Origin: an uncultured Planctomycetaceae bacterium
GTDB lineage: Bacteria > Planctomycetota > Planctomycetia > Isosphaerales > Isosphaeraceae
Direction: 5' to 3'
DNA length: 64,000 nt
NCBI GenBank assembly: GCA_963833985.1
Contig: CAWIAD010000002.1
Location: 4,800,001 to 4,864,000 of the forward strand
Part shown: positions 10,561-20,808 of the stretch, piece after piece
Position numbering within the stretch: position 1 is the stretch's first letter
How the letters are laid out: every line of letters starts with the position of its first letter
Position numbers and translations under genes: made by a program
The notes under the pieces: model-generated
Database searches by the model: none
Told to the model about the DNA's origin: nothing
What the model saw: only the letters and a program-made list of their open reading frames with translations

Positions 10561-11648
10561 GTTTGCACCTCACGGGTTGCCCAGTACCAATCTTCGCGCA
10601 TGGGACGCCGATGGGCGTAAAGGTCTTCGATCAATCGCAGCGACTCAAGCCCGGCGCGCGCTGTCACCTTGGGACACCCACCTTGGCGGCAGGCTCTCAC
10701 AAAATCTTCCAATTGAAGTTGGAAGACGCTCTTGGCGGTCGCACCATGGGGTTGGCCCTGGCGCCAGACCGCCGTCTCGAGGTCCGGCTCGCCGGAGCGA
10801 CGGAATAGGATCTGGGACTGCGGACCCTCGCGTAGGATCACAATGCCTCCAGTCGTCTCCATCACGAATCCTGACCGCAGGTCAACAGTTTTCGAGAACC
10901 GCGCCGTCCCCTCGAACCGCTGGCCCTGTTCGTAGCGAAACGTCGAGACGGCATTTGCTTCCGGACCGCCCAGCGAGTCATCCTCCAGAGCGACCTCGTC
11001 CGGGTAACCGAACCAGTGGATCATCCGGTCCAGAAAGTGCGATCCGCTGACGACAAGCACGCCCCCCCCAGTGGCCGTGCGGTCGAGGTTGTACGCGGAG
11101 AGTGGCGACCAGCCTCCACGCGTCCCGAATTGATAGGCAAATCGCTTCGGACTGCCGAAGTAGCCGTTCGCCAGCAAGTCCCTCATGAGAACCACGCAGG
11201 CCAGGAAGCGAGTTGAGTAGCCAACAGCAACCACGGTCCCGCTCTCCTCGCCGGCCCGCACGATCGACTCCCCCTCTGCCACAGTCGTGGCCAGGGGCTT
11301 CTCGATGAGCACCGGCACGCCCGCCTTAAGGCATTCCAGGGCTAGGGGATGGTGCGTGTGATTCGGTGTAGCGATCACCACACCGTCGATCTCAGCGAGG
11401 ATCGCGCTGACTTCTGTGGCGATGCGCGGCCGGATGCCGAAGTCGCGCGCCAGGAACTCGGCGCGCTCGTAAACCGAATCTACTAGGGCTGCGAGCTCTA
11501 CTTCCGATGAGCAGAGAGCCGCAGGAACATGCGCATTACGAGCGATCAGGCCCGTCCCGACGATCCCCAGACGAAATCGACAGCTCAAGAAAACGGATCT
11601 CCCCAGGTACAGGATTCTCAGGGCATTGCCCTCGATCCCAGACAACAA
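10557..11648 (-). CDS. Gfo/Idh/MocA family oxidoreductase
   Basis: GIVGTGLIA, IATPNHTH, VLIEKPLA, GGGVLVVSGSHFLD; real start may be TTG at 11588. Confidence 0.9.
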   Translation of the reverse strand: MLSGIEGNALRILYLGRSVFLSCRFRLGIVGTGLIARNAHVPAALCSSEVELAALVDSVYERAEFLARDFGIRPRIATEVSAILAEIDGVVIATPNHTHHPLALECLKAGVPVLIEKPLATTVAEGESIVRAGEESGTVVAVGYSTRFLACVVLMRDLLANGYFGSPKRFAYQFGTRGGWSPLSAYNLDRTATGGGVLVVSGSHFLDRMIHWFGYPDEVALEDDSLGGPEANAVSTFRYEQGQRFEGTARFSKTVDLRSGFVMETTGGIVILREGPQSQILFRRSGEPDLETAVWRQGQPHGATAKSVFQLQLEDFVRACRQGGCPKVTARAGLESLRLIEDLYAHRRPMREDWYWATREVQT

Positions 11649-11680
11649 TTTGAGTACTGCGCTCCAGCATCACTGACGGG

Positions 11681-12505
11681 CTATTTTTTCCCTTTATCAG
11701 CATTCAGCAACGAGATCACGCGCCGAACGTCGCGCAAGTAGTCCAACCGGCGGTAACGTTCACCACTGACGTAATGGATCGCGATCCCGTCCTTTCTGCG
11801 CTGCGGCGTGTCAGCCTCTCTATTTGAGAGAACCAGGTAGTCTAGCGGCATTGGAAGGGAGCGAACGCACGCGGCGAAGACGTTGAAAACATCCTGCTCG
11901 ATGACGTAATGCATACGCCCAAGAAGACGCTTGACAATTCGGGGAAATTCCAAGAAATCGAACTGTAAGAGCTCCTGTCTCCTCCACAACATCAAACCGC
12001 TATTGAGGTTGACGACCGGTGTTCGGCCCAAGCTTGCGGTATGCTCGAGAACAAGGTGAAAATGTTTGTCATACTGCGAGTGGTCGTGGTCTTGCGCATA
12101 GACAACGCCGACCTCCTCAGGAAAGTCGATAAGAGATGTTTCTGTATTCTTTTTGAAAACAACATCGCTGTCGACAAACAACACCAAAGGGCGCTCACAG
12201 CAAAGCGGCAAAACGAAGAGCTTTAACAAGTGCGGGCTCTCTTTGATCAACTGTTCAGCCTCCAGTGTGATTGGCGGTCGCTGCTCTTCTTTCACGATGC
12301 GGATACCGACAACATGCCGTCTCAACGCGTCCAGGTCATGGGCGTCGAGCGTACCATCGGAAAGCACCGTGACGGCTGGCGACAAGCCCGAGAACAAAAA
12401 GAGGGACTTGATCGCAACAAGATAGGCATGCAGGTTGGACTTATCCAATAGTGTGGCGACCTCAAGCTCTTTCGTTTCCCCTGCCCTAATGGGCGATGTG
12501 GCCAA
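11681..12505 (-). CDS. Glycosyltransferase, GT8-like (GT-A fold)
   Basis: FVDSD (DxD), LNSGLML, EQDVFN, IHY motifs. Frame is open further upstream; a frameshifted start near ATG 12605 is possible. Confidence 0.7.
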   Translation of the reverse strand: MATSPIRAGETKELEVATLLDKSNLHAYLVAIKSLFLFSGLSPAVTVLSDGTLDAHDLDALRRHVVGIRIVKEEQRPPITLEAEQLIKESPHLLKLFVLPLCCERPLVLFVDSDVVFKKNTETSLIDFPEEVGVVYAQDHDHSQYDKHFHLVLEHTASLGRTPVVNLNSGLMLWRRQELLQFDFLEFPRIVKRLLGRMHYVIEQDVFNVFAACVRSLPMPLDYLVLSNREADTPQRRKDGIAIHYVSGERYRRLDYLRDVRRVISLLNADKGKK

Positions 12506-12859
12506 GATTCCCCTAAGTGTGCAGCGCGTGATCCATTCTATGTATGTCTTGCGTGACAGTGCGATTTGGACTGCGCCACGGCAGGCGTCTCATCAAGTGA
12601 TTCATCAAGCACGTACCTTTATGAAAATGTAACATCTCAAGGAACACACGAGCAGAGAGGTCGGGAACTTCTTAAACCTTGCGGCCCCTTGACGGGCCAA
12701 TCTGCCTGTGCGCGCTGGACACGATTCAGCAGCCTGCTCTACGGGGCCGTTTCTCTTGATCAGAGACGAAAGGTTCGAAGGTATGGGTGCTCTATCAGCG
12801 CGATGCCCAGAAAATCCACTTCCAGCATCAACCCATTAAGTGCGGGAGCTACGATGAGG

Positions 12860-13100
12860 TGGCCTTGGCGCGGCGTGCGAGTCGAACGCTTGCCGCCTTA
12901 CGCACCGGACCTGAACCAGTCGAGGGATCGTGGCAGCACCTCAAGCACGTGAAGACGCAACCCGGCGATCCCCGATTTGGAAGCACTTCACCTACAACTT
13001 CACTGGGCCATCGGCGGTTTTAGACATAAACTTCGCTTGATTCAATCGTTCTTCGTTGAAGCCGGGCTCGAGGCGGGGACTTTACTAATCGTTGCACAAG
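12860..13100 (+). mobile_element. IS630-family transposase C-terminal fragment
   Basis: RVERLPPYAPDLN / PVEGSWQHLKHV ... FRHKLRLIQSFFVEAGL across shifting frames; LPxYxPxLNPxE is the IS630/Tc1 signature. Confidence 0.8.
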
Positions 13101-13157
13101 TAGCTTAGCTTTTGGGGCAGGTGGCCACGAGAAAACAGAGACGCCATGCGGGATGAG

Positions 13158-14141
13158 TCAACTTCTTTGCGCAACACTCAGTAGCTCGTGATTCTCGGTC
13201 CTGCTGGGTCCACCGTTCCGGGTCAAACTACGGACCTCGGCGATCGCCCCCAGCGCGAACGCAGCCCGCGTATAGTCCGGAACCCAATCTGTTTGGGACC
13301 AAAGTCGTTTCCACTGGGCGAGCGACCACGACTCAATGGCCTGTCGAAAAAGCCATCGGGGCACTCCACCCCATGTCTTCCCGACTTGGGGAACTCGGTT
13401 GAGGAAGTCTTGCCGGGCGACTGTCTGGCCAATTCCTCGATACCATTCCCAGAGATATGCGCGGGTCAGTCGCCGTTTTACCACAAAATGCTTGACACAT
13501 GCCTGCGGGACCCACACTCCCCTTATCCCCTTGGCCTGAAGCGTCAAGAACAAAGCTGATTCCTCTCCTCGGATCTGGGATGTCCCGTTTAACCCTAAAA
13601 TAGGATCGAAGGGATGCGTCCTAAGCAATTCGGTTCGAAAGGCCATATTAGCCCCATACGGAAACTCGCCATCCGAGAAAAACCGTTGCGTTGCCCCCAA
13701 GTCCCTTAGTACTAGCATTGTCCTCAAATGGAAGATATTCTCGAGAATCCAGGCTGGAGGCGTCGTTTCAAACCAAGGCTCAATGGGTCCCCCGAAAAAC
13801 CCAGCGTCGGGGCAGTTGGCAAAAGCGTTGTTGTAAGCGGCTATCCATTCGGAGTCGACTAGCACATCGTCGTCCGTCCAGATGAACACCTCGCCCTGAG
13901 CGGCGGCCACGGCTCGATTGCGGCTATGACTCTGGCCTTGCCTGGGCTCAAATAGGCGCCGAATGGGTAGGTCGCGTTGATAGCGCTCGATCACGGGGTC
14001 GGTATCATCAGTGCAATTATTATTGACAATTAGCAGTTCCCAGTCCAAATCCGCAGGGATTCGTAGCCCACGCATTCGACATAGAGTCTGGTCGAGTAAG
14101 TTCGCACGATTCCATGTGCAGATTGCGACCGTAACCAGCAT
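13158..14141 (-). CDS. Glycosyltransferase family 2
   Basis: VAICTWNRA, VNNNCTD, WTDDD, GANMAFR, GEE. Confidence 0.92.
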   Translation of the reverse strand: MLVTVAICTWNRANLLDQTLCRMRGLRIPADLDWELLIVNNNCTDDTDPVIERYQRDLPIRRLFEPRQGQSHSRNRAVAAAQGEVFIWTDDDVLVDSEWIAAYNNAFANCPDAGFFGGPIEPWFETTPPAWILENIFHLRTMLVLRDLGATQRFFSDGEFPYGANMAFRTELLRTHPFDPILGLNGTSQIRGEESALFLTLQAKGIRGVWVPQACVKHFVVKRRLTRAYLWEWYRGIGQTVARQDFLNRVPQVGKTWGGVPRWLFRQAIESWSLAQWKRLWSQTDWVPDYTRAAFALGAIAEVRSLTRNGGPSRTENHELLSVAQRS

Positions 14142-14439
14142 GGAAAGCTATCCCTTAGTAAAGAGCCGAACAGATTGTGAACGTAAGGCGCGCATGAACG
14201 CTATGCCGGTCATGCGAAGCAGGCCGCGGAATGATTTGTAATGCTCAAGGACGATGCTCCCGATGATCTCTATCTGCGGATCCAGGCAGTCGTCCTGACC
14301 GGCCAAGCCGCGAGCCTCTCATACGGGAATGCAGACAATACCAAGAGCAAGGCCAACTCATGAGCGACAGACTTCGTAAACACCTTCATTTTCTTGTTAT
14401 TCCGGCGATTGGTATGTGATTTTACACGTTGCGAATGAC

Positions 14440-15297
14440 TTAGGTGTTGATGGAGCGTATGTCTGCATGCGTGCTGGTTTCTTGCGCTGGTGATGTTTGC
14501 TTAACCGCGATGATGGTATGATGCATGGAGTTCTCGATTTGGAACGCATGATGCTCCATGATAGCGTCGAAGCCGCTTCGCTCTCTGCTGTCGCCGTGGA
14601 ACTCGATCGCGATCGTATGGACTTGCGACAACCAGCTCAGATCGCCCCGGAATAGATTGACTTCAGCGCCCTCAATATCGACCTTGAGGATATCGACTAC
14701 CGGGAACCTCGATTGTTCGATCAGCTCGTTCATTGTCACAGCTTCGACCTCTTGCATACCCTCATCGAGCGTTTCTTGAACGAACATCGCGAAGTAACGA
14801 TCCTCACCTTCGGGTGGGGCGGCGACGGCCAGCCGCGATTTGCGATCCCAGACGGCGGCCCGAACGGTCCGGCAGCGTCCCGCTTTCGCCAACTCGGTAA
14901 CGTTTTTTTCGAGCAACTCGTAATTCTCAAGGTGGGGCTCAACCGCCAAGATTCGACAAGACGGGTATCGTGCCGCGAAGAGCCTTGTGGCAAGGCCGAT
15001 ATTCGCTCCCAGGTCAATCACGTATTTACAATTCTGTATTCTGTCAGTAACGGCGTTGTAAACACGCTTGATAACAATTTCCTGGAAGTTCTCAGTGTCG
15101 GATCCTTTCCGCCGGAGCCAAATGTCACCATTGATCGGCTGCCTCATCCGAAGCATAAGCATAGGTCTTGCTCGATTTCGAACTTCTGATGTGGCGACAA
15201 TAAAATTTCGGTAGCGGATCGCAGAGCCCAAGGACATAAGCTTCCAATGGTCGAGCAGGAAACGAAGAGTCCAAGATTTCAGAGGGTTATAGAGCAT
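14440..15297 (-). CDS. FkbM family methyltransferase
   Basis: VIDLGANIG, AVEP, ILKVDIEGAE, IEFH; ATG at 15297 (TTG 15309 alternative). Confidence 0.9.
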   Translation of the reverse strand: MLYNPLKSWTLRFLLDHWKLMSLGSAIRYRNFIVATSEVRNRARPMLMLRMRQPINGDIWLRRKGSDTENFQEIVIKRVYNAVTDRIQNCKYVIDLGANIGLATRLFAARYPSCRILAVEPHLENYELLEKNVTELAKAGRCRTVRAAVWDRKSRLAVAAPPEGEDRYFAMFVQETLDEGMQEVEAVTMNELIEQSRFPVVDILKVDIEGAEVNLFRGDLSWLSQVHTIAIEFHGDSRERSGFDAIMEHHAFQIENSMHHTIIAVKQTSPAQETSTHADIRSINT

Positions 15298-15341
15298 GAG
15301 GGGTCCCAATGGGTCGATACAGGCGAGACCAGGTTAGAGCC

Positions 15342-16700
15342 TCAGTAATGTGCCGCCGGAGAACGCCTACAGACGTCGACTTCATGGCTTCCGGGGACAA
15401 ATTCACCATTCACCTGCGACCATTCGTAATTGCAAAGCACAACTCCCTGATGGCGGTCGGTCGAAAAGGACTCGCTTCCACGTCCGTCGATGATTTCGAA
15501 CGTCGATGCATCGTCTATCCAATCGGCGACCTCGCCTGCCTCCAACCATAGCCCTATGGTCATTCGCTGCCCGGGCCGGAGCCGCACCGCCTGAAAATGA
15601 CACTCGTAATCCTGGAAACCCTGATTGAGAAAGAGAGGGTATCCGACCTCGCGGGTCCAGCCGGAATGGATCCTCGCGCCGCTGGACGTTGATACATTCA
15701 CAGCCAAGGCCGCATTGGAGATCTGGGTTTGCGACTGGATTCTGACCCGAACGCGCAGGTCCTCGCCGCTCGGATGATTACCCCTCGGCAACCCGTCCGG
15801 CCCTACCAGCCACACATGCGTGAATCGCGCCCGCCCATCTCCAAAACGAGGTCTTGTGGTGAGATCTTCGCCATTGGAGCAGGCGGCTGTGTCTTCCAGG
15901 TAGCTCCTGACAACCTGCCTAGCCGGACCCGAGACTGCGACGCGACCCCGTTCCAGCAAAATAGCCCGCTCGCAAAGACGCGGGATCAAATCCATGTTGT
16001 GGCTGACGAAAAGTATGGACCGTCCGGAGTGGGCGATCTGGTTCATTCGATCAATGCACCGTTTTTGATACGTGGCGTCGCCGACAGCGAGGACCTCATC
16101 GACTAGGAGGATCTCTGGTTCCAGATGAGCCGCGACGGCGAATGCTAGTCGGACGTACATTCCACTCGAATAACGCTTCACCGGAGTGTCGAGAAACTTC
16201 TCGATTTCCGAGAAAGCCACAATCTCGTCGAACTTCCGGTCGATCTCCCGCCGGCTCATGCCCAGGATGCTGCCGTTCAGGAAGATGTTTTCGCGGCCGG
16301 TCAGTTCTGGGTGGAAGCCCGTCCCAACCTCGAGCAGGCTGCCGATGCGGCCGCGAAGCCGGCACCGGCCCGAGGTCGGTTCGGTGATCCGGCTGAGGAT
16401 TTTGAGGAGCGTCGACTTGCCGGCGCCGTTGCGGCCGATGATTCCCACCACTTCGCCGGGCTGCACCTCGAAGCTCACGTCCTTGAGCGCCCAGAAGCGG
16501 TCTGATCGGCCGTCAGCCCCGTTCACATTGTGGGCGTGGCCGTTCCTTCCCCGCAGCCTACGCTTTATGGGTCGCCAGAGCGCGGCCGCTTGCTCCGATA
16601 ACGCTTCACGCAGTGTCCGGTAGCTCGACGAGGAGCGGGCACCGATCCGGTATTGTTTCGACAGGTTCTCGACTCGAATCGCACAGTCCATCTCGATCAA
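15342..16700 (-). CDS. wzt: Polysaccharide ABC exporter ATP-binding subunit with C-terminal extension (Wzt)
   Basis: GRNGAGKST Walker A, YSSGM signature, ILLVDEVLAVGD, VSH; ~170-aa C-terminal domain (R.GDG.AR). Confidence 0.92.
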   Translation of the reverse strand: MIEMDCAIRVENLSKQYRIGARSSSSYRTLREALSEQAAALWRPIKRRLRGRNGHAHNVNGADGRSDRFWALKDVSFEVQPGEVVGIIGRNGAGKSTLLKILSRITEPTSGRCRLRGRIGSLLEVGTGFHPELTGRENIFLNGSILGMSRREIDRKFDEIVAFSEIEKFLDTPVKRYSSGMYVRLAFAVAAHLEPEILLVDEVLAVGDATYQKRCIDRMNQIAHSGRSILFVSHNMDLIPRLCERAILLERGRVAVSGPARQVVRSYLEDTAACSNGEDLTTRPRFGDGRARFTHVWLVGPDGLPRGNHPSGEDLRVRVRIQSQTQISNAALAVNVSTSSGARIHSGWTREVGYPLFLNQGFQDYECHFQAVRLRPGQRMTIGLWLEAGEVADWIDDASTFEIIDGRGSESFSTDRHQGVVLCNYEWSQVNGEFVPGSHEVDVCRRSPAAHY

Positions 16701-16714
16701 TCAACCTCTGTTAA

Positions 16715-17635
16715 TCAGATGATATCCGCGAACCGGTTCTCGACTCGGCGGAAGTAAACGCAGCCGATGAGCAAGACCACCAGCCCGACGGCCGACGAGA
16801 CGGACAGAGCGTACACGTCAAACGGCTCGCCCAGCATGGCCGCGCGGAAGTTGCTGATCAGGCCGTAGGCCGGGTTCAGCGGCAAGAGCAGCCGGGCCCG
16901 CGGCCCGATGCCGCCTTCCTGCTGCATGTAGATGCACGGCGTGGCGAACATCCAGAACTGGACCAGAAACGGCACCACGTGGCGGAAATCGCGATAGGCC
17001 ACCGTGAGCGCCGAGAGCAGCACACCCACGCCCAGCGCGGCGACGACCAGGCCCAGCACGATGGCGGGCGCGATCAGGATGCTCGGTCCCCAGCCCAGGC
17101 CGAAATAGACCATCATCACCAGCAGCATGGCCGAGGCAATGGCGAAATCCACCAGTCCGGCGGCCACCGACCCCATGGGGATCATGAGCCGCGGAAAGTA
17201 GACCTTGGTCACCAGGTTCTGGCTGCCCACCACGCTCTGCCCCGCCTGCGCGATCGCGTTGGAGAAGAACATCCAGGGGACCAGCCCGGCCAGCACGAAC
17301 AGGGAGTAAGGCACAGGACTCGACTCGCTGCCTGCCGCCTTCCGAAAAAAGAGGCTGAAGACGAGCATCGTCGCCAGCGGCTGCAAGAGCGCCCAGGCCG
17401 CGCCCAGCACCGTCTGCTTGTAGCGCACCTTGACGTCGCGCCAGGTCAGAAAGAATAAAAGCTCGCGATAGCGCCAGAGCTCCCCCAGATCCACGAAATG
17501 CCAGCCCCGGCGCCGCTCAATCACCGTCACGATCGAAGCCGGCGGCGGCACTGACTCGATGTTGGCGGCGGAGCTCATCGGGGCGTCCGCTTCCGTCGGG
17601 ACGGCTTCTTCGGACGGGGCATTCGCGACAATCAT
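16715..17635 (-). CDS. wzm: Polysaccharide ABC exporter permease (Wzm)
   Basis: ELWRYRELLFFLTWRDVKVRYKQTVLGAAW, KVYFPR, YRDFRH, LNP, FADII; start taken at ATG 17635 because the longer ORF overlaps asnB. Confidence 0.92.
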   Translation of the reverse strand: MIVANAPSEEAVPTEADAPMSSAANIESVPPPASIVTVIERRRGWHFVDLGELWRYRELLFFLTWRDVKVRYKQTVLGAAWALLQPLATMLVFSLFFRKAAGSESSPVPYSLFVLAGLVPWMFFSNAIAQAGQSVVGSQNLVTKVYFPRLMIPMGSVAAGLVDFAIASAMLLVMMVYFGLGWGPSILIAPAIVLGLVVAALGVGVLLSALTVAYRDFRHVVPFLVQFWMFATPCIYMQQEGGIGPRARLLLPLNPAYGLISNFRAAMLGEPFDVYALSVSSAVGLVVLLIGCVYFRRVENRFADII

Positions 17636-17799
17636 GGGGCCCAGGGGTTTGAGTTTCGAGCCGAAACACTCACTACCGAACCACGGCGGTGAGCTCTTGC
17701 CCCGAAAGACAGCGAAAGATCTCAGCGTACTATTGAAGGCCGACCAAGGTTGCAAATCCATCCGCGCGAACCTGCTAACCCCTGGGCATTGACCATGAC

Positions 17800-19692
17800 T
17801 CACAGGGTGACGCGATGGCGGGAGCACCAGCTCAACAGAACGTAGAGGGCGAACGGGTGCTGCATGTTGATCCGGCGCGACCCTTTGAGGAATCTTGACC
17901 ACGTCGCGCGTACTCGATCGGGACGAAGCCCGATCGCCGATGCCAGGTCGGGATTGTCGAGCACGCGATCGAGCCGCGGTTTGAGGGCGCCCCGCATCCA
18001 GACCTCATAAGGGATGACGAAACCTTGCTTGCGACGATGGACGACCTCCGGCGGCAAAGCATCGCCCATGCCCTCGACCAGCATGCGTTTCGGCACCGAG
18101 CGCGACATCTTGACCCGAGCCGGCAACGGGGCAACGAACTCGATGAGCCGGTGGTCCAGAAGCGGCAGGCGGACCTCCAGACCGTGGGCCATGCTGCACA
18201 CGTCGGTGTCGCGGAGCAGGGAATTGCGGAGGTAGAAGTTTAATTCAAGCTGAGAAACCTGGTTGAGCAGGTCGCCGGCCAGCTCATCGGGCGGAACGGC
18301 CGACGCGATGAAACTGGCGGCCGGCACCATCTCGGCCGGACGGTCGAGCAGCTCCACCCGCAGGTCATCCCAGAAGACCGCTCGCGCCAGGGAATACGTC
18401 TCGTACATGCTCATCCGGCTCATCAGCAAGCACGCCGCTTTCTGAGTCGAGACCCGCGTCGGCGCCAGCGAACGGATCGCGCGACTGACCAGGTGCCGCA
18501 TGGGCCGGGGCACCGCGCCGAATCCCAGCACTTTCGGGATCAAGCGGAAATTGTCGTAGCCCCCGAAGAGCTCGTCGCCGCCGTGCCCGCAGAGCGCCAC
18601 GGTCAGGCCCGACTGCCTGGCCAGCTCGCAGACGGCGTAGGTGTTGATGCCGTCGATGCTGGGCTGATCGCCGGCCTCGAGAGCGTCGTCGAACCGAGCC
18701 AGGAGATGATCCGGGCTGACCGGCTGGGTGACGTGACGTGTCTGGTACCGCGCAGCCAGTCGTTCGGCAAAAGGTCCTTCTCCATACCCTTTCTCGGTGA
18801 AATGCAGGGTCAGGGTCCGGACGTCATGATGGTCATGCTGAGCGATGGCGGCCACGATCGCGCTGGAGTCGATTCCGCCCGAAAGGAAAACGCCCAGCGG
18901 GACATCGCTGAGCAAGCGGCACTCGACGGCTTCGTCGAAGGTTTTCCGGAACACTGTGGTGAGCTCTCGCGGGGATTGCTTTCCGCCCCCAACCCCAGCG
19001 GAGGCGTACTCATATGGAGACGACCAGTACCGGCGGATCTCCCGGATCCCATCCCGCGCCGAAAACCGCATCCAGTGGCCGGCCGGCAGCAGCCGGACAT
19101 CACGCAAGATGGTCAGCGGCTCGGGGACGGTGCCGTAGGCCAGGTAACCATCCAACGCCTGTCGATCCAGCTTGCGGGGGACCAACCCCGTCGCGAGCAG
19201 GGCACGAAGCTCGCTCGCGAACAGGAACCGGGAACCGACCTGGGCGTAGTACAGAGGCTTGATGCCGAGCCGGTCTCGGCACAAGAAAAGCTCCTGCTCG
19301 TGCGGATCCCAGAGCACGAACGCGAACATCCCGCGGAATCGCTCGACGCAACCCCGGCCCCACTGCCGGTATGCCGCAAGGAGGGTCTCGGTATCGCACG
19401 TCGACCGATATTCTCCGCCCAGCTCTTTCCTCAGCTCGAGATGGTTGTAGATTTCCCCGTTGTAAACCACCCAGCTTTCGCTTTGGGAATCGCGCATGGG
19501 CTGATGCCCAGCCTGGCTGAGATCGAGGATCGCCAGCCGCGAATGCCCCAGGCACAATTCAATTCCTGGTGACTCGGTGGACAACGTCTCGATTCCGGCA
19601 TCGTCAGGTCCTCGGTGGCGCTGGGCCTCGACCATTGAACGGACCCAGTCCACGCAAAGCTCGGAACCCAGGATTCCAGCAACTCCACACAT
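17800..19692 (-). CDS. asnB: Asparagine synthase (glutamine-hydrolysing) family amidotransferase
   Basis: MCGVAG N-terminal nucleophile, HRGPD, RLAILD, NGEIYN, RDRLGIKPLYY, LSGGIDSS, GGDELFGGY, SMAHGLEVRLP. In this context probably a glycan amidotransferase. Confidence 0.93.
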   Translation of the reverse strand: MCGVAGILGSELCVDWVRSMVEAQRHRGPDDAGIETLSTESPGIELCLGHSRLAILDLSQAGHQPMRDSQSESWVVYNGEIYNHLELRKELGGEYRSTCDTETLLAAYRQWGRGCVERFRGMFAFVLWDPHEQELFLCRDRLGIKPLYYAQVGSRFLFASELRALLATGLVPRKLDRQALDGYLAYGTVPEPLTILRDVRLLPAGHWMRFSARDGIREIRRYWSSPYEYASAGVGGGKQSPRELTTVFRKTFDEAVECRLLSDVPLGVFLSGGIDSSAIVAAIAQHDHHDVRTLTLHFTEKGYGEGPFAERLAARYQTRHVTQPVSPDHLLARFDDALEAGDQPSIDGINTYAVCELARQSGLTVALCGHGGDELFGGYDNFRLIPKVLGFGAVPRPMRHLVSRAIRSLAPTRVSTQKAACLLMSRMSMYETYSLARAVFWDDLRVELLDRPAEMVPAASFIASAVPPDELAGDLLNQVSQLELNFYLRNSLLRDTDVCSMAHGLEVRLPLLDHRLIEFVAPLPARVKMSRSVPKRMLVEGMGDALPPEVVHRRKQGFVIPYEVWMRGALKPRLDRVLDNPDLASAIGLRPDRVRATWSRFLKGSRRINMQHPFALYVLLSWCSRHRVTL

Positions 19693-19704
19693 GACCACGA
19701 ACCT

Positions 19705-20805
19705 CTAACCAACCAACTGGTGACTTCGCTGATGCTCACTCCGGACGATTTCCCGGCTGCGGTCGGCACGGGTTCTCTTGAACAATCGCCTGAGGATTTC
19801 GACGAAACCGTAGATTTCGGCCTCGAATTCAATTTGCGAAAGGGTATCCGCGTCCAGAAATCGTTTCAGAGCCAGGAGTGGCGTTGCGGAATCGTTCAGA
19901 CCGGGGTCGCAGGTCACGGCACTGCAAACCTTCGCGGCGGTCAGCCACGGCCACTGTGCCCTGGACCATAGCCCGCTCGGGTAGCAAAAATGGTTGGGGG
20001 AAACGCCAAGCACGATCTTGAGGAAGGTACGATTGTCTTCGATCTCACGATGGACCACGCATTCCTCGACCGGAAAGCGATGGCGATGCGTGTGCAACTG
20101 AATGCTCACGCCGGACTCCGCCGTCTCCCGGAGCTCATCCGTCGTCATCAGGCTCAAAGACCGGCTCCGGAGCACTCCATGATAGCTCACATCCAGACGG
20201 GCCGCAAGCTCCCTGGAGAGCCGTACGCGTTGATTTTCTGTGAGATGTTCTTCTCCGTACTCAATAATCTGCCAGACCAGCTTGTTCTTGTCGTCCTCGC
20301 TCTGGGAGAAGTCGACGGTTCCATCCCGGTCGAGGTCAAGGCCGCTGAGGTCGAGAGTGGTTCGGCCCGTCTTCCAGAACAAGTACTGGATCACGAGCCG
20401 GAAGATCGGGTTTCTTTGCGCAACGTAGTACGTTGTCACGTAGATCGTGGCCGGGATCTCGAACTGCCGGAGGATCGGCAGTCCAAGCGAATAGTTGCTG
20501 TAGAACCCGTCGTCAAACGTAACGACGATGGCGCTCCTGGGCAAGTCTCCCCGCGCGAGGCCGGCGAGCGCGGCATCCAGGCTGATCACGGTGAAGCGGT
20601 GGTCGCGGAGTGTTTTCAGCCGTTTCGCCAGGATCTCGGGACGCATGAAGAGTCCTGGGCGAAAACGATGTTCGTCACCCAGGGAGAGACCGTGGTAACA
20701 AAGGATCCGCAATTCTTTGGCGGTGCAGCGCCGCGCCAGGCCGAAGAGGCCAAAAAATTTTGCGACGTATAGGACGGCAAGCTTAAAAATCTTGTACATC
20801 AACAT
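19705..20805 (-). CDS. Polysaccharide deacetylase (CE4/NodB)
   Basis: ILCYHG, VTFDDG, LHTHRH, FCYPSG. Confidence 0.9.
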   Translation of the reverse strand: MLMYKIFKLAVLYVAKFFGLFGLARRCTAKELRILCYHGLSLGDEHRFRPGLFMRPEILAKRLKTLRDHRFTVISLDAALAGLARGDLPRSAIVVTFDDGFYSNYSLGLPILRQFEIPATIYVTTYYVAQRNPIFRLVIQYLFWKTGRTTLDLSGLDLDRDGTVDFSQSEDDKNKLVWQIIEYGEEHLTENQRVRLSRELAARLDVSYHGVLRSRSLSLMTTDELRETAESGVSIQLHTHRHRFPVEECVVHREIEDNRTFLKIVLGVSPNHFCYPSGLWSRAQWPWLTAAKVCSAVTCDPGLNDSATPLLALKRFLDADTLSQIEFEAEIYGFVEILRRLFKRTRADRSREIVRSEHQRSHQLVG

Positions 20806-20808
20806 GAC

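Noticed and set aside
14150..14400. Small ORF between GT2 and FkbM
   Set aside because: Only short fragments with stops in each frame; no family signal.
17636..17902. N-terminal extension of the Wzm ORF
   Set aside because: Overlaps asnB and lacks family similarity; downstream ATG is more plausible.
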